A stretch of 45,629 nt of DNA from an uncultured Muribaculaceae bacterium (GCA_964553605.1 CAZKKR010000003.1:1-45629); one strand, 5' to 3'; counted from the first letter of the stretch, positions 26,243 to 36,077 are shown. Numbers and translations: made by a program. The notes: generated by a model from the letters alone, not told the origin.

Positions 26243-28192
26243 TTAACTATTTTTAACATATTTTTTAGGAGATAGTTCTGTGTTCGCCATTTCCTTTAAT
26301 TTCATTACATCTACTTTACCAATATTTGTACATGGAAATTCAGAAACAGCCTTAAATCCTACCGGTAAAGAGTATTCCTGAAGTTCTAACTCGCAGCGAG
26401 CACTTAAACGATCTAAAACTTCGTTCATTGAAATAACATCATCTTTAAGAACAACATAAACATATGGAAGTTCCCCTTGAATAAAATTAATATCATTAAC
26501 TCCAACAACTTTACATTCCAAAACATCAGAGTCTTTCATAATAACTTCTTCAATAAATTTTGGAAAAACCTTAAACCCGTCATGCCTAACGATAAGATCC
26601 TTAATACGATCTACAATAAACAGTTCTCCATCCTCATTCATATAACCCATATCACCGCTATGAACCCATATTACACCGTCATCATGAAGTCTCATAACAT
26701 TTGCGGTTTCGGTCTCATTATTATAATAACCTTGCATAACATTAGGCCCCGAAATACAGATTTCCCCTATTTTTTTGTCATTCATATCAGAAGTTAAAGG
26801 TAATTCATCACCTGTCTCTGGATCAAAGATAGAAATAACTGAATGCGGAAAAGGAATACCAACACTACCAAGTTCATTTGTTTCGTTAGATGTGCACGCA
26901 CAAACAGCCGCACTAACTTCAGTCATTCCATAACCTTTTACAATCTTATATTCACAATTATGGGCAGCCAAAAACTCATTAGTCTTCTTTTCTAATTCGA
27001 CATTCATTGAATCCCCACCAACAACAGGTGCGATGACATATGATAAATCTTCATTAGCAAGTTTTTCGCTAGAAATGATAGTACCATAATGTGACGGAAC
27101 TCCAACCATATGATTAGGATGATACTTATTAAGTAAATCTGGCATCATTTCAGCTTCAAATGCTGGAATAATAACGGTTTCACTTTTACAAACTAAAGGT
27201 AAATGCAACGCATTACCACAACCATAAGCAATGAAAAGTGGCATTATATCAAGCCAATTATGCTCGCTTTTAAAGTCATATCCAGCATTAATACAATCAA
27301 AGGCTGCATAATTTAAATTGTTATTTGTAAGAATTACACCTTTAGGTCTTCCTGTTGTTCCTCCAGTATGCACAATAACAGCTGGCAAATCTCCATCACT
27401 ATAAAGTGATTGACGAGGAAGTATAAAATCTTTATAATGTCCAATAAATTTAGACCATTGAATACACTCATCACTATATCCAAAAACGTTATTTTTGTTT
27501 TTTAAATCATTAATTACATCTTTAAACGAATTAACTGAACACTTTAATTTTTTAGTAAAAAACTTTGACTTTTCTAATGACATGTTTTTATCAAAAGATT
27601 TTTTAAACATTTGTTTAAGCTGATCCATTTTAGCATCTTTGCTCATAGATTCTGTTGGAGAAATATTTACAATTGTTTTAACTCCACACTTTTTCTTCAA
27701 ATCAGAAACCTTAGGCGAAGCCACATCAACAATAAATACTAAATCTGAATTAACCTCTCTTACATAATCTTCAATTCCTTCTTTACTTGTCCTTGGATCA
27801 ATAAAGTTAGAAATAGCACCAATTTTATTAATAGCATAAAGTAAATAAATAGCTTCTGGAATAGTTGGACATATTATGGAAACTATATCACCTTTTTTAA
27901 CTCCATGTTTTACTAAAGCTGTTGCTGTTTTTTCAATATTGTTAAATAGACTATGATATGATGTAACAGTATCAAAATAATTTAAAGCTGGTTTATCCAA
28001 ATATTGAAAAGCATTTTGACATATATAATCATACATTGACATAGATGGAAGTGAAGAATAAATAACTTCATCGTTATAAAATTTAAGCCAAGGTTTACTA
28101 ATAGATGCATATAAAATTTTCTTACTTTCTGCATAATCGATTTCAGGATTTTGAATATCCGTTTCTCATATACGTAAGTTTTTATTTGTCAT
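26243..28192 (-). pseudogene. ANL-superfamily acyl-CoA (fatty-acid) ligase with an in-frame TGA at codon 9
   Basis: Motifs HTGGTTGRPKG, GYGMTE, GDMGYMNEDGELFIVDRIKDLI. The track ORF starts at Met 28042 with no RBS. The same frame continues upstream to ATG 28190-28192, which follows GGGAGG: MTNKNLRI[TGA]ETDIQNPEIDYAESKKILYASISKPWLKFYNDEVIYSSLPSMSMYDY. PWLKFY...LPS.S.YD is the conserved FadD-type N-terminus. There is no ATG/GTG/TTG between the TGA (28166-28168) and that motif. Confidence 0.6.
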
Positions 28193-28230
28193 TTAATAAC
28201 CTCCCTGATTTTAAAACATACTACATATTA

Positions 28231-28260
28231 ACTATAACACGTTTAAAAACCATTTGTCAA
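28231..28260 (-). promoter_or_regulatory. Promoter of the acyl-CoA ligase gene
   Basis: Minus strand: TTGACA (28255-28260), 18 nt, TATAGT (28231-28236). It feeds the ATG at 28192, not the downstream Met. Confidence 0.5.
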
Positions 28261-28287
28261 AAAAATAATAAAAAATAAATTTTTCTA

Positions 28288-28316
28288 TTGAAAGCTCATT
28301 TTAAATTTGCTATAAT
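28288..28316 (+). promoter_or_regulatory. Near-consensus sigma-A promoter of tRNA-Met
   Basis: TTGAAA (28288-28293), 17 nt, TATAAT (28311-28316), 17 nt before the tRNA 5' end. Confidence 0.65.
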
Positions 28317-28333
28317 GATTTTGTCATTTATTT

Positions 28334-28410
28334 GGCGAGATAGCTCAGTTGGCTAGAGCATACGGTTCATACCCGTAGGGTCGAGGGTTCGAATCCCCCT
28401 CTCGCTACCA
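28334..28410 (+). tRNA. tRNA with CAT anticodon, elongator-Met type (a lysidine-modified Ile2 identity cannot be excluded by eye)
   Basis: GGCGAGA TA GCTC AGTTGGCTA GAGC A TACGG TTCATAC CCGTA GGGTC GAGGG TTCGAAT CCCCC TCTCGCT A CCA. 77 nt. Position 1-72 is paired (G-U), so it is not an initiator. One A-C mismatch in the T stem. Confidence 0.85.
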
Positions 28411-28420
28411 TATAAAAATT

Positions 28421-28450
28421 AATCAAGCTTAAAGCTTGATTTCTTTTTTA
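28421..28450 (+). terminator. Terminator after tRNA-Met
   Basis: AATCAAG-CTTAAAG-CTTGATT followed by TCTTTTTT. Confidence 0.65.
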
Positions 28451-28489
28451 AATAAAATATGTTATAATAACCTCCAAGGAGAAACAAAT

Positions 28490-28678
28490 ATGAAAATAAC
28501 TAAAAACAAATCATTTATATGTATTGTTGGAATAAGTTTATCAATTTTACCTTTTATTACATCTTGCACACCAACACATGAAACTGAAATAGCATATGAT
28601 GAAGATATAACCTCAGAAATAAATATAGATAATGAAGAAAATTATAAATTATATAATAAAATAAAAACAATGAACTAA
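28490..28678 (+). CDS. Small putative lipoprotein (62 aa)
   Basis: ATG 28490 follows AAGGAGA (the track ORF starts upstream at TTG, inside the terminator). MKITKNKSFICIVGISLSILPFITSC has a lipobox-like ITSC. The acidic mature part has no recognisable domain. Confidence 0.5.
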   Translation: MKITKNKSFICIVGISLSILPFITSCTPTHETEIAYDEDITSEINIDNEENYKLYNKIKTMN

Positions 28679-28692
28679 TCATTGTTTTTTTT
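28662..28692. terminator. Bidirectional terminator between the lipoprotein gene and fhs
   Basis: AACAATGA-ACTAA-TCATTGTT, with an A-run upstream and TTTTTTTT downstream. Confidence 0.65.
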
Positions 28693-30298
28693 AAAATAAT
28701 CCAGAAATACTTCCATCACTATCTATATTCATACCTAAATAAGCTGGCTTTTTAGAAAGTCCTGGCATTGTCATAATATCATCTAAATAAACTGTAATAA
28801 ATCCTGCTCCATTATTTAAACGAACATTTTTAACTGTTAAATCTTTACCGTCACCAAGGACATACTGCGTTTTAGCAATTGCAATCATTACTTTATCTAA
28901 ATTATATTTTTCAAGTCTTTCAATATTATTTAAAGCTTCTTCAGTAAAATTAACACTTTTAGCTCTATATATTTCCGTACATACTTTTTCAATCTTTTCT
29001 TTTATACTATCATTAACATCATAAATAAAGTTAAAATCAGTATCATTTTCTAAAACACTTAATAAAGATTGAGCCGTTTCTATTGATCCTTCGCCACCTT
29101 TAGCAAAACCATCGCATATTGTAAATGAAACACCTAATCCTTCACAAAATTCTTTTAATTTTAATATATCTTCTTCACTATCATCACCAAAATGATTTAA
29201 ACATACTAAAACATTTTTTACATACTTTTGCATGTTTTCAATATGCATTTTTAAATTATTAAGTCCCTTTTCAAAATTAGGAACATCCTTATTTTCAAAA
29301 TCATATTTTAAACTTCTAATTGTCGCATTTACTAAAATAGCCGAAGGTTTTAAATCACCTACTCTACATTTTATATCTAAGAACTTCTCAGCTCCCAAAT
29401 CAGCACCAAAACCAGCTTCAGTTATAACATAATCAGCCATTCTTAAAGCTAAATCAGTTGCGATAATAGTATTACAGCCATGAGCAATATTAGCAAAAGG
29501 CCCACCATGAACTATTACTGGATTACCTTCTAAAGTTTGAACTAAATTAGGTTTAATAGCATCTTTAAGAAGAATTGTCATAGCCTCTTCAACGTGTAAA
29601 TCTTTAGCATATAAAGGTTTTCCATTAATATCATAACCAAATATGATATTAGCAATTTTTTGTTTCAAATCATCCAAACTTTTAGCTAAACACAAAATAG
29701 CCATTATCTCAGAAGCCGCTGTAATATTAAATGAGTCATTTCTAACACATTTTAAATTATTACTAACTTTAATACTTCGTAAAGCCCTATCGTTGACATC
29801 CATACATCTTTGAAAAGTAATGCTTTCTTTATCAATATTTAACTCATTGCCTTGAAACAAATGATTATCAATGGCTGCACAAAGCAAGTTATTCGCCGCT
29901 GTTACTGCATGAATATCTCCAGTAAAATGTAAATTAATGTCTTCCATTGGTACAACCTGCGCATATCCACCGCCTGTAGCACCACCTTTAATACCAAATA
30001 CTGGACCTAAAGAAGGCTCTCTAAGACAAGCTAAAGCATTTATTCCAAGTTTTTTAAGAGCATCATACACTCCAATAACCATCGTTGTTTTTCCCTCACC
30101 ATAAGGGGTAGGATTAATTGATGTTACTAAAACTAATTTGCCTTTCCTGCTACCTAAAGATTTTAAAATATCAAGATCAATTTTAGCCTTATATTTTCCA
30201 TAATTTTCTAAATAATCATTACTAATATTTAAATCAGTAGCTACATCTAAAATGTTTCTCATTTCATATTCATGAGCAATTTCAATATCTGATTTCAT
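28691..30298 (-). CDS. fhs: Formate--tetrahydrofolate ligase
   Basis: MKSDIEIAHEY start. INPTPYGEGKTT, EPSLGPVFGIKGGA(T)GGGY, VHGGPFANIAHG motifs. Confidence 0.95.
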   Translation of the reverse strand: MKSDIEIAHEYEMRNILDVATDLNISNDYLENYGKYKAKIDLDILKSLGSRKGKLVLVTSINPTPYGEGKTTMVIGVYDALKKLGINALACLREPSLGPVFGIKGGATGGGYAQVVPMEDINLHFTGDIHAVTAANNLLCAAIDNHLFQGNELNIDKESITFQRCMDVNDRALRSIKVSNNLKCVRNDSFNITAASEIMAILCLAKSLDDLKQKIANIIFGYDINGKPLYAKDLHVEEAMTILLKDAIKPNLVQTLEGNPVIVHGGPFANIAHGCNTIIATDLALRMADYVITEAGFGADLGAEKFLDIKCRVGDLKPSAILVNATIRSLKYDFENKDVPNFEKGLNNLKMHIENMQKYVKNVLVCLNHFGDDSEEDILKLKEFCEGLGVSFTICDGFAKGGEGSIETAQSLLSVLENDTDFNFIYDVNDSIKEKIEKVCTEIYRAKSVNFTEEALNNIERLEKYNLDKVMIAIAKTQYVLGDGKDLTVKNVRLNNGAGFITVYLDDIMTMPGLSKKPAYLGMNIDSDGSISGLF

Positions 30299-30401
30299 TT
30301 CGATCACCAATAGTATTATATCAAATTTTACAGAAAAAAATTATATAATTTAATAAAATATAACCATAATTTTTAAATAAAAAACTCCATATTGTTTTTA
30401 G

Positions 30402-30430
30402 TTGACAATAAATTTAAGTAGTGTTAAAAT
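30402..30430 (+). promoter_or_regulatory. Sigma-A type promoter for the 30453 gene
   Basis: TTGACA (30402-30407), 17 nt, TAAAAT (30425-30430). RBS GGGAGAG, then ATG 30453. Confidence 0.55.
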
Positions 30431-30452
30431 CAAATTACAAGGGAGAGATATA

Positions 30453-30929
30453 ATGAATAATATCGATAAAAACGATCATTTTTTAACAAATCACGCTGAC
30501 TCAATTGCCTTAATTGATAGTGACAGAATTAAATTTTTAACTGAACAAAATGGTCAAAACACATATGAATCAATAAAAATCGAAGACTTACCAAAAATTC
30601 CAGTAATTGTATGTCAAAAAATCATTGATAATGATGGTATAACAATACATGAACTTAGCTATAAATTATTATTACCAAGTATTGATTTACCTTCTTTATA
30701 TACTGAAAGATATATAAATGATGGTGAAATACGTTATGAATCAACACCAAATGTGGTTAATGATAGTTTAATTCTATTTGATAATGAAGATCTTCACTCT
30801 ATAGGAAAAATATTAAAATCAACAGAAACAACAATAAAATACGTGGTAGATCACAGAAGACAAATTTATGAATTTGCTGGAAGAGTCATAAGTCAAATAA
30901 ATACTCCTAAAACAAAAACTCTCAAATAG
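30453..30929 (+). CDS. Hypothetical cytoplasmic protein (158 aa)
   Basis: ORF with a good promoter, RBS and terminator. The track start at 30402 lies inside the promoter, so ATG 30453 is preferred. No motif recognised. Confidence 0.5.
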   Translation: MNNIDKNDHFLTNHADSIALIDSDRIKFLTEQNGQNTYESIKIEDLPKIPVIVCQKIIDNDGITIHELSYKLLLPSIDLPSLYTERYINDGEIRYESTPNVVNDSLILFDNEDLHSIGKILKSTETTIKYVVDHRRQIYEFAGRVISQINTPKTKTLK

Positions 30930-30940
30930 AGAGTTTTTTT
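30915..30940. terminator. Bidirectional terminator
   Basis: AAAACTCTC-AAATA-GAGAGTTTT followed by TTT, with an A-run on the other side. It contains the TAG stop of the plus-strand gene and abuts the stop of the small minus-strand ORF. Confidence 0.7.
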
Positions 30941-31088
30941 ACATCATATCATCTAACATTTTGTTCATCATATCTGATGAATTATTAAACTTCTTTTTCA
31001 TCGCCTTCATAATTGGCTTATTATATTTTTGATACGCAAGAGTAATCATACCACCCATAGCCATCATCGCCATGTCTCTAATTTTCAA
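30939..31088 (-). CDS. Possible small Met-rich protein (49 aa from TTG 31088, or 44 aa from ATG 31073)
   Basis: Below the track length cut-off. AGGTGA lies 4-5 nt upstream of the TTG. Sequence: MKIRDMAMMAMGGMITLAYQKYNKPIMKAMKKKFNNSSDMMNKMLDDMM. Bounded by a terminator. No family recognised. Confidence 0.3.
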   Translation of the reverse strand: MKIRDMAMMAMGGMITLAYQKYNKPIMKAMKKKFNNSSDMMNKMLDDMM

Positions 31089-31147
31089 TATATCACCTAC
31101 CCATTAGAAATATGATGTGTATGCATAAGCATACATTTTTATTTTTA

Positions 31148-33364
31148 TCAAGAATTTTCAAATTTATACCTTATTTTATCCAAAAGTTTAGAATTTCTAA
31201 CATATTCATTATTGTTATAAACTGCGGAAACAAATGCATCCGGCTCACCAACGATTATTAATCTTCTTTTAGCGCGAGTAATTCCCGTATAAATTAGTTT
31301 TTTATAAAGCATTCGGTTATAAGCTCTAGTAACTGGCATAATTACAATTTCAAATTCACTACCCTGACTTTTATGAATACTAATTATAAAACCATGTCTG
31401 ATCGAAGCAAAATCTTTTGGTGTATACTTAACTAAATTACCGTCAAAATCAACATATAACTCATTTTTGCCACTTTTACTAGTGTTGCCATATTTTATAT
31501 ATTTTATAATTCCAATATCACCATTATAAATATTATCATCTGGCATATTTACAAGCTGTAAGATTTTATCATTTTCTCTAAAAATAACATCACCATATTT
31601 AATTTCTCTTTTAGTACTAGTAGCTGGGTTAAAAATTTCTTGAAGTTCTTTATTAAGTAAGTCGATTCCATTTTCCCCTTTATACATTGGGGCAAGTAAC
31701 TGAACTCTTTTATAATCATAACCTTTGTCGAGAACTTGAATACATATATTTTTTAAATTTTTTTTAATATACTGACTCGAACACTTTAAAAAAGTATAAT
31801 CACTATATGTATTTAAAAAATTCTCACCAACTTCACCATCTTTTATTTCCAAAGCAAGTGTGTTTATATATGAATCCTCATCTTGTCTGTAAAGCAAATC
31901 CAAATGAACTACATCGATACAATCACTTAAAATAAAATCCTTAAGTAAAGTTCCTGGACCAACACTAGGTAATTGATTATAATCTCCAACTAAAATCATT
32001 TTAACATTTGATTTCAGTCCCTTAAGTAAACTATAAAATAAATTAATATCAATCATACTAGCCTCATCAACAATAACCATTTTAACTGAAGATTTGTTAT
32101 CCTCATTAACCATAAATTCCAATGTGTCTTTATTCCATTTCAAAAATCTATGAATTGTTGAAGCAGGTAAACCCGTAGATTCACTCATTCTTTTACTAGC
32201 TCTACCAGTTGGAGCGAGTAAAACTAAATCGCTCGTAAGTTCATCATAATCAAGTTTATTAATTCTACCATATATATTGGCAATCGCATTTATAATTGTT
32301 GTTTTACCTGTACCTGGCCCACCTGTTATAATTAAAAAATTATTAGCTATAGCCTTACTAATCGCATCCCTTTGTTTATCATTATATTTTATACCATATA
32401 TATCTTCTAACTCATTTAAAATATCATTAATATTATTGACGTTTTTTTCTTTATTAACCATATTATATAAAGAATTAACTATAAAATCTTCAGCTAGCCA
32501 AATATCTTTCAAATAGTAATCACTACCATCAATATATATTTTATCCTCCAAAACAAGTTTTTCAAAAACATTATCTAATATATCATCATCTATAAAAATA
32601 CCTGAAAAATTTTTAACCGCATTTTTTATAACCGTCTTTTCTAAATAACTGTCACCATTTTTATATATCATGTTTTTCATAACATAAAAAACTAATGCTT
32701 CTAATCTTCGAAGGTCATCTTTTGGCATGTTCAAATTAAAAGCCGCTTTATCAACTTTATCAAATGTAATATCACTTAAATCATATGTAATTCGATAAAT
32801 ATTATCCTCTATTACTTTCATAGATGAACTTCGATAATAATTATAAATACTTAAAGCCTCTCGCATATTAAAACCAAGTTCATTTAAATAAACAATAATT
32901 TGATGACTTTCTTCATATTTTTTCAAAGTATTAACTATTTTTAAAGCCTTTTTTTGCGTTAATTTAGGAACTAAATTTAAACATTCTGGTTCTTTTAATA
33001 TTCTTTCTAAAGCCTCATCACCTAGTGTCTCAACAATTGTATTTGCAAGTTTTTCCCCAATACCCGGAAACAAATCACTAGATAAAAATTCAATTATCCC
33101 TTCTTTATCAGTTGGTTTTACTGTTTCATAATTACTTACTTGAAATTGGAAACCATATCGTGGATGATTAGTTCCCTCACCATAAAAAATATAAGTATCA
33201 TCCTCATTCAAATCATAAAAATAACCCGTAAAAGTTATAGTTTTATTAACATAATCTAAAAGTTTTTCATCATTAGTTTCTCTAACTTTAAAAAGACCAA
33301 TAACATAACCTTTATCAGATTTATATATACTTCTACGGTAATTACCTTTAATATAAGTTTCCAT
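31148..33364 (-). CDS. recD2: RecD2-type (YrrC-like) ATP-dependent DNA helicase
   Basis: ATG 33362-33364 (METYIKGNYRRSIYK) follows GGTGG. The track start at 33490 would overlap the upstream gene. Motifs: HhH region, Walker A ITGGPGTGKTT, Walker B VIVDEASMI, SIHKSQGSEF, YTGITRAKRRL. Confidence 0.85.
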   Translation of the reverse strand: METYIKGNYRRSIYKSDKGYVIGLFKVRETNDEKLLDYVNKTITFTGYFYDLNEDDTYIFYGEGTNHPRYGFQFQVSNYETVKPTDKEGIIEFLSSDLFPGIGEKLANTIVETLGDEALERILKEPECLNLVPKLTQKKALKIVNTLKKYEESHQIIVYLNELGFNMREALSIYNYYRSSSMKVIEDNIYRITYDLSDITFDKVDKAAFNLNMPKDDLRRLEALVFYVMKNMIYKNGDSYLEKTVIKNAVKNFSGIFIDDDILDNVFEKLVLEDKIYIDGSDYYLKDIWLAEDFIVNSLYNMVNKEKNVNNINDILNELEDIYGIKYNDKQRDAISKAIANNFLIITGGPGTGKTTIINAIANIYGRINKLDYDELTSDLVLLAPTGRASKRMSESTGLPASTIHRFLKWNKDTLEFMVNEDNKSSVKMVIVDEASMIDINLFYSLLKGLKSNVKMILVGDYNQLPSVGPGTLLKDFILSDCIDVVHLDLLYRQDEDSYINTLALEIKDGEVGENFLNTYSDYTFLKCSSQYIKKNLKNICIQVLDKGYDYKRVQLLAPMYKGENGIDLLNKELQEIFNPATSTKREIKYGDVIFRENDKILQLVNMPDDNIYNGDIGIIKYIKYGNTSKSGKNELYVDFDGNLVKYTPKDFASIRHGFIISIHKSQGSEFEIVIMPVTRAYNRMLYKKLIYTGITRAKRRLIIVGEPDAFVSAVYNNNEYVRNSKLLDKIRYKFENS

Positions 33365-33428
33365 TTTACCACCTACACTATTATAACAAAAAAGAAACTC
33401 TATTTCTAGAGTTTCAAGTACATTTGTT

Positions 33429-34031
33429 CTATCTATGGTTTCTTCTTTTAGATTCCTCGATAGCATCAATACCAAGTTTTGCAGCAGCACCTAAACCAGC
33501 CACAGAACCAATAATACATACACCTTTAATAGGAGAACTTTCCTCTACTCTGTGAACACCAACAGGCGCATGAGTAGAATCAATTGAAACAAAATCTTGA
33601 ACATCAGGATCAACATTAGAAGCAGCTTCATTAAGTTCGTCATATGTGAATGTTCCATGAGCGCCATCCATTGTATCAACAGTATACTCTTTTGTCGTGT
33701 AATCGTTTGGATCTTCCTGGCTTATAGTAACACTTTGAGTATTATAGTCAAAAACAAAACCTACATTCTTTGGTTGCATGCCTACTCCTGTAAGCAAACC
33801 AACTAAAGATGCTCCAGCTAAAAGCATACCAATTTTAGCTTTTGGTTGTAATTTAACCTTCCTAGATCGTTTACCACCAACACTAGCAAGTGGGACAAAT
33901 CCTTCGGCTTTGCTAGGCTCTCCAACCAATCCTTTTTCACGAAGCTCATTTTCTCTTAAAATTTGTTTATTTAATTCTTCAACTTGTTTACTAATTGGCG
34001 TCGAAGTTCCTCTTCTTAAATCATTATCCAT
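33429..34031 (-). CDS. Hypothetical bitopic/two-TM membrane protein (200 aa)
   Basis: RBS AGGGAGG. Basic N-terminus, TM IGMLLAGASLVGLLTGVGM, an acidic segment of about 90 aa, a second hydrophobic segment VCIIGSVAGLGAAAKLGI, and a basic tail. Visibly more G/C-rich codons than its neighbours. Confidence 0.5.
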   Translation of the reverse strand: MDNDLRRGTSTPISKQVEELNKQILRENELREKGLVGEPSKAEGFVPLASVGGKRSRKVKLQPKAKIGMLLAGASLVGLLTGVGMQPKNVGFVFDYNTQSVTISQEDPNDYTTKEYTVDTMDGAHGTFTYDELNEAASNVDPDVQDFVSIDSTHAPVGVHRVEESSPIKGVCIIGSVAGLGAAAKLGIDAIEESKRRNHR

Positions 34032-34089
34032 AAAATAAACCTCCCTTATTTTCTATTTATAATCTAACATTTATCTAGTATATTGTCAA

Positions 34090-35355
34090 TTATTGCTTTA
34101 CATTTACTTCACTAATTAAATAAGGATAATCAACTTCCTTAGTTTTTGCTGAAACTTCCTTAGATAAATACTTTTCATCCCCTTTAGCTTTTATAAGTAA
34201 ATAATCACCAGTATGGCCTATTAAATAACCATCCTTATAAACCTCAGGGATAAATAATATATCATGACCTACATTTTTTCGCAAATTAGCTATTTCAAGC
34301 TCTTTAGAAAGTTCTAATAACCTTTTTACTCTATCTTTTTTAATATTACCATCAACTTTATTTTTCATCTTACTAGAAACTGTCCCTTCTCTATCAGAAT
34401 ATGGAAAAACATGTATTTTGGTAAAATTAATTTTTTTAATAGTATCTACCGTTTCTAAAAAGTGTTTCTCTTCTTCAAAAGGAAACCCTACTATAACATC
34501 TGTTGTAATAGACATATTAGGTCTTATTTTTCTAAGTTTATTTATTTTTTTAATAAAATAGTCCGTATTATATTTTCTATTCATTAGTTTAAGTATTTCA
34601 TCTGAACCTGATTGTAATGGTATATGCATATGATCTACTAAAATATTATTTTTTTCTATAACATCCAAAACTTTATCATTAAGTTCCGTAATTTCCACCG
34701 AAGAAATTCTAAGCCTTTTAAGGCCATCAATTTTTACTAAATCATTAAGTAAGTCAGCAAAACTATAATTACCATCGTGATAGTTACCAGTATGAATACC
34801 CGTTAAAACAATCTCTTTATGACCACTTTTCACTAAAGATCTAGCCTCACTTAAAACATCTTCCCTTTTCTTACATCTAACATGACCTCTAACATAAGGA
34901 ATAATGCAGTAAGTACAATAATTATCACATCCATCTTGAATTTTAATATAAGCGCGCGTTAAATCAAAGTTATCTAATTTCATATCCTCAAAAATAGCAT
35001 CATCCATATTTTTAATATCAATTATCTTCCGGTTATTATAATCTTTTATATAATTAACTATTTCTGTTTTATTTTGATTACCAATAATTATATCAGCATC
35101 AATATTCATATCCTCTTTTTTATTTTGAATCATACATCCAGCTACTACAAGTAATGATTTTGGGTTGTTTTTTCGTAAACTCCTAATTAGTTTTCGTGAT
35201 TTACTATCAGCCGTATTAGTAACCGTACACGTGTTAACAATTATAACATCTGGATTGTCATCTTTAACATAACCATGGTTTTCAAGCATATCAGCCATAA
35301 CTTCGCTTTCATATTCATTAACCTTACAACCCAAAGTATATATTTTATATTTCAT
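34090..35355 (-). CDS. mtaB: tRNA N6-threonylcarbamoyladenosine methylthiotransferase MtaB (radical SAM)
   Basis: YTLGCKVNEYESE N-terminal motif (MtaB type), radical-SAM CDNYCTYC, TRAM-like C-terminus. Confidence 0.85.
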   Translation of the reverse strand: MKYKIYTLGCKVNEYESEVMADMLENHGYVKDDNPDVIIVNTCTVTNTADSKSRKLIRSLRKNNPKSLLVVAGCMIQNKKEDMNIDADIIIGNQNKTEIVNYIKDYNNRKIIDIKNMDDAIFEDMKLDNFDLTRAYIKIQDGCDNYCTYCIIPYVRGHVRCKKREDVLSEARSLVKSGHKEIVLTGIHTGNYHDGNYSFADLLNDLVKIDGLKRLRISSVEITELNDKVLDVIEKNNILVDHMHIPLQSGSDEILKLMNRKYNTDYFIKKINKLRKIRPNMSITTDVIVGFPFEEEKHFLETVDTIKKINFTKIHVFPYSDREGTVSSKMKNKVDGNIKKDRVKRLLELSKELEIANLRKNVGHDILFIPEVYKDGYLIGHTGDYLLIKAKGDEKYLSKEVSAKTKEVDYPYLISEVNVKQ

Positions 35356-35384
35356 ATTATCACCACCTAAAAAAGCCCTAAGGC

Positions 35385-36077
35385 TTATAATTTGTTTCTA
35401 AATTCTTTAAGTGAATTCAAAAAATCAAGATTCTGAGTTTTTTCTTCTTCAAAAAGGTCTTCTTCATAAGCCTTGCTGATTATATCACGATTTTCATTTT
35501 TTGAAGAATTTTTATGTCTAACCATATTTTTATTACTTTGAATTCCGTATATTGGTGAAACAATATCCGAATTCTTAAATGAAGTTATTCTCTTAGGTTT
35601 TTCTACCTTAACTTCTTTTTCTTCTCTTTTGGCTGCCTGCCTACGATAAGACCTACTAGCTGCTTTAACATTCATATCTGCTTTTTCTTCTTCTTTTTTT
35701 TCATACATATCGGCATCAGCTTTTAATTTTTCAGCTTGCTTTAATAATTCTTGATAACTAATAATTGCATTTTCTTCCTGTTCTTTTTCAAATTCATCAA
35801 CTGCGGAAGCAGCTTCCTTTTGTTTTTCTAAATCAGCACTCATACGGTCAAAAACTCTAGAAAGCTCTTCTTTAGCTTCTTTTTGTTCTAAAGTGACCTC
35901 TTCATCTAAAGTATCATCAAATACTATTTCATCATTGTCATATCTATCATCTTCACTAATTGGCTTAACTTTTTGACCTGTATTTTTAATTATAAATGCG
36001 ACAAGAACAATTAATAAAACAAAAATTGCTCCAAGAACAACAAGAACAATATCTGGTATTTCAAAAAGTAAATTCAT
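35385..36077 (-). CDS. Hypothetical N-terminally anchored coiled-coil protein
   Basis: ATG 36075-36077 (MNLLFEIPDIVLVVLGAIFVLLIVLVAFII) follows GGAG. One TM, then a highly charged E/K-rich helical region. No domain recognised. Confidence 0.5.
   Translation of the reverse strand: MNLLFEIPDIVLVVLGAIFVLLIVLVAFIIKNTGQKVKPISEDDRYDNDEIVFDDTLDEEVTLEQKEAKEELSRVFDRMSADLEKQKEAASAVDEFEKEQEENAIISYQELLKQAEKLKADADMYEKKEEEKADMNVKAASRSYRRQAAKREEKEVKVEKPKRITSFKNSDIVSPIYGIQSNKNMVRHKNSSKNENRDIISKAYEEDLFEEEKTQNLDFLNSLKEFRNKL

Noticed and set aside
28166-28168. Possibility that the organism uses genetic code 4 (TGA=Trp), or that the TGA encodes selenocysteine.
   Set aside because: TGA ends lspA (tandem TGA TGA at 15847-15852), recD2 (TGA followed by TAA, 31145-31150) and relA (44204-44206). 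All other long ORFs are intact under the standard code. No convincing SECIS-like hairpin follows the TGA (only a 4-bp GGAT/ATCC stem), and ANL ligases are not selenoproteins.
31119-31147. Hairpin GTATGC-ATAA-GCATAC followed by a T-run on the plus strand, just past the recD2 stop.
   Set aside because: The orientation fits a plus-strand terminator, but no plus-strand gene ends here. On the minus strand (after recD2) no T-run follows. Function is unclear, so it is not called.
33365-33490. N-terminal 42-codon extension of recD2 in the track ORF, overlapping the upstream gene.
   Set aside because: The extension has no RBS and overlaps the 3' end of the 33429..34031 ORF. The internal ATG at 33364 is preceded by GGTGG and begins the conserved METYIKG... 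N-terminus.
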